A stretch of DNA of 64,000 nt, taken from contig NW_021833453.1 in the NCBI RefSeq assembly GCF_006345805.1, positions 8,255 through 72,254 of the forward strand, written 5' to 3'. Each line of letters starts with the position of its first letter. The first letter of the stretch is position 1. Of the stretch, positions 61,401-64,000 are shown one piece after another. The DNA comes from Octopus sinensis (Eukaryota). A program made the position numbers and the translations under genes. Under the pieces are notes generated by a model, which worked only from the letters and a program-made list of their open reading frames with translations, did not search any database and was not told the origin of the DNA.

Positions 61401-64000
61401 GTTTCGGGTTAGAAAATGTCAAAATATTGCATATGTGTCTTTGAAAAACAACAAAAAATTAAGTGATCTCTTTCTAAATATATGTTAACTGATTGAAAAA
61501 AGCTTATATTTATCCAAGAGATCACAAAATCGCAAAAGTTTTCCGGTTAGAAAATTTGAAAATATTGCATATGTGTACATGAAAAACAACAAAAAATTTA
61601 GTGATCTCTTAGCTAAATATATCTTACTGATTGATAAAAAGCTTATATTTATCCAGAGATCACTAAAATCGCAAAAGTTTTCAGGTTAGAAAATGTCAAA
61701 ATATTGCATATGTGTTCTTGAAAAACAACAAGAAATTTAGTGATCTCTTAGCGAAGTATAAATAAACTGAATGATAAAAAGCTTATATTTATCCAAGAGA
61801 TCACTAAAATCTCAAAAGTTTTTCAGGTTAGAAAATGTCAAAATATTGCATATGTTTACGTGAAAAACAACAAAATTTTAGAACTAAATATAAGTTAACT
61901 GATTGATAAAAAGCTTATACATATCCAAGACATCACTAAAATGTCAAAAGTTTACAGGTTAGATAATGTCAAAATATTGCATATGTGTATTTGAAAAACA
62001 ACAAAAAATTTAGAGCTAAATATAAGTTAACTGATTGATAAAAAGCTTATATTTATCCAAGAGAACACTAAAATCCCAAAAGTTTTCAGGTTAAAAAATA
62101 TCAAAATGTTGCATATGTGTACTTGAAAAACAACAAATAATTTAGTGATCTCTAGCTAAATATAAGTTAAATGATTGATAAAAACTTATATTTATCCAAG
62201 TGATCACTAAAATATCAATAGTTTTCAGGTTAGAAGATGTCAAAATATTGCATATGTGTACTTGAAAAACAACAAAAGATTTAGTGATCTCATAGCTAAA
62301 TATAAGTGAACTGATTGATAAAAACTTATATTTATCCTAGAGATCACTGAAATCTCAATAGTTTTCAGGTTAGAAATGTCAAATATTGCATATGTTACTT
62401 GAAAAACAACAAAAAATTTAGTGATCTCTTAGCTAAATACAAGTTATCTGATTGATAAAAAGCTTTACAAGAAATCACTAAAATCGCAGAAGTTTTATGT
62501 TAGAAAATGTCAAAATATTGCATATGTGTACTTGAAAAACAACAAAAAATTTAGTGATCTCTTAGCTAAATACAAGTTAGCTGATTGATAAAAAGCTTAT
62601 ATTTATCCAAGAGATCACTAACGCAAAAGTTTTCAGGTTACAAAATGTCAAAATATTGCATATGTGTACTTGAAATAAAAAAAAACATTTAGTGATCTAA
62701 TAGCTAAATATAAGGTAACTGATTGATAAAAAGCTGATATTTATCCAAGAGATCACTAAAATCTCAAAAGTTTTCAGGTTAGAAAATGACAAAATATTGC
62801 ATATGTGTACTTGAAAAACAAGAAAAAATTTACAGCTAAATATAAGTTAACTGATTGATAAAAAGCTGATATTTATCCAAGAGATCACTAAAATCTCAAA
62901 TGTTTTCAGGTTAAAAAATATCAAAATATTGCATAGGTGTACTTGAAAAACAACAAAAAATTTAGTGATCTCATAGCTAAATACAAGTTAGCTGATCGAT
63001 AAAACGCTTAACCAAGAGATCACTAAAATCGCAAAAGTTTTCAGGTTAGAAAATGTCAAAATATTGCATATGTGTACTTGAAAAACAACTAGAGATCACT
63101 AACGCAAAAGTTTCCAGGTTAGAAAATGTCAAAATATTGCAAATATGTACTTGAAAAACAACAAAAAATTTAGTGATCTAATAACTAAATGTAAGTTTAC
63201 TGATTGATAAAAAGCTTATATTTATCCAAGAGATCACTAAAATCGTAAAAGTTTTCAGGTTAGAAAATGTCAAAATATGGCATATGTGTACTTGAAAAAC
63301 AACAATAAATTTAGTGATCTCTTAGCTAAATATAAGTTAACTGATTGATAAAAAGTTTATTTATCAAGAGATCACTAAAATTGCAAAAGTTTTCAGGTTA
63401 GAAATGTCAAAATATTGCATATGTGTACTTGAAAAACAACAAAAAATTTAGTGATCTCTAACCTAAATATGAATTAACTGATTGATAAACAGCTTATATT
63501 TATCCATGAGATCACTAAAATCTCAAAAGTATTCAGGTAAGAAAATGTCAAAATATTGCATATGTGTACTTGAAAAACGACAAAATATTTAGTGATCTCT
63601 TAGCTAAATATAATTTAACAGATTGATAAAAAGCTTATATTTATCCAAGAGATCACTGAAATCTCAAAAGTTTTCAGGTTAGAAAATGTCAAAATATTGC
63701 ATATGTGAACTTGAAAAACAACAAAAAATTAAGTGATCTCTTAGCTAAATATAAGTAACCTGAATGATGAAAAGCTTATATTTACCCAAGAGATCACTAT
63801 CGCAAAATTTTCAGGTTACAAAATGTCAAAATATTGCATATGTGTACATGAAAATCAAAAAAAATTAGTAATCTAATAGCTAAATATAAGGTAACTGATT
63901 GATATAAAGCTGATATTTATCAAGAGATCACTAAAATCTCAAAGCTTTCAGGTGAGAAAATGTCAAAATATTGCATATGTGTACTTGAAAAACAACAAGA
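31431..64000 (+). repeat. ~141-bp AT-rich (~75% AT) tandem satellite, about 230 monomers, runs off the window end
   Basis: Consensus GTTTTCAGGTTAGAAAATGTCAAAATATTGCATATGTGTACTTGAAAAACAACAAAAAATTTAGTGATCTCTTAGCTAAATATAAGTTAACTGATTGATAAAAAGCTTATATTTATCCAAGAGATCACTAAAATCTCAAAA. GTTTTCAGG recurs about every 140 bp. Single orientation throughout. Confidence 0.99.

Noticed and set aside
31431-64000. Regular repeats with a palindrome that could be taken for a CRISPR array
   Set aside because: There are no unique spacers (the whole monomer repeats), no cas genes, and the context is eukaryotic.
31431-64000. CTGATTGA...GAAA in the AT monomer as a satellite-embedded hammerhead
   Set aside because: The core has an extra base, no stem II closes before GAAA, and there is no correctly placed stem III or NUH triplet.

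Overview
Eukaryotic (animal) DNA. The repeat families and TA-rich introns look cephalopod (Octopus-like); that assignment is an inference. The window has three zones. (1) 1-17.2 kb holds the last five coding exons of a Golgi alpha-mannosidase II gene (GH38, MAN2A1/2 family, + strand). Its introns contain RTE-clade LINE fragments, tRNA-headed SINEs, a non-autonomous Helitron and microsatellites. (2) 17.2-31.4 kb is a rearranged boundary zone: an internally deleted Ty3/gypsy element with Gmr1-type INT-before-RNaseH order and one LTR, a 3'-truncated RTE copy, a 1.6 kb degenerate (TTAGGG)n array facing a short (CCCTAA)n tract across a ~1 kb palindrome, low-complexity modules, and a 185-bp ~50% GC satellite in alternating orientations. 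(3) 31.4-64 kb is a continuous ~141-bp, ~75% AT satellite with a hairpin in each monomer and nested higher-order repeats (about 0.96, 1.1, 2.9 and 8.7 kb). The best candidate for something new is the buried telomere/fold-back scar at the gene-to-satellite boundary. A degenerate minimal hammerhead-like motif is a secondary candidate. There are no prokaryotic features and no CRISPR array. Most ORFs in the supplied track are antisense LINE frames or repeat artefacts.
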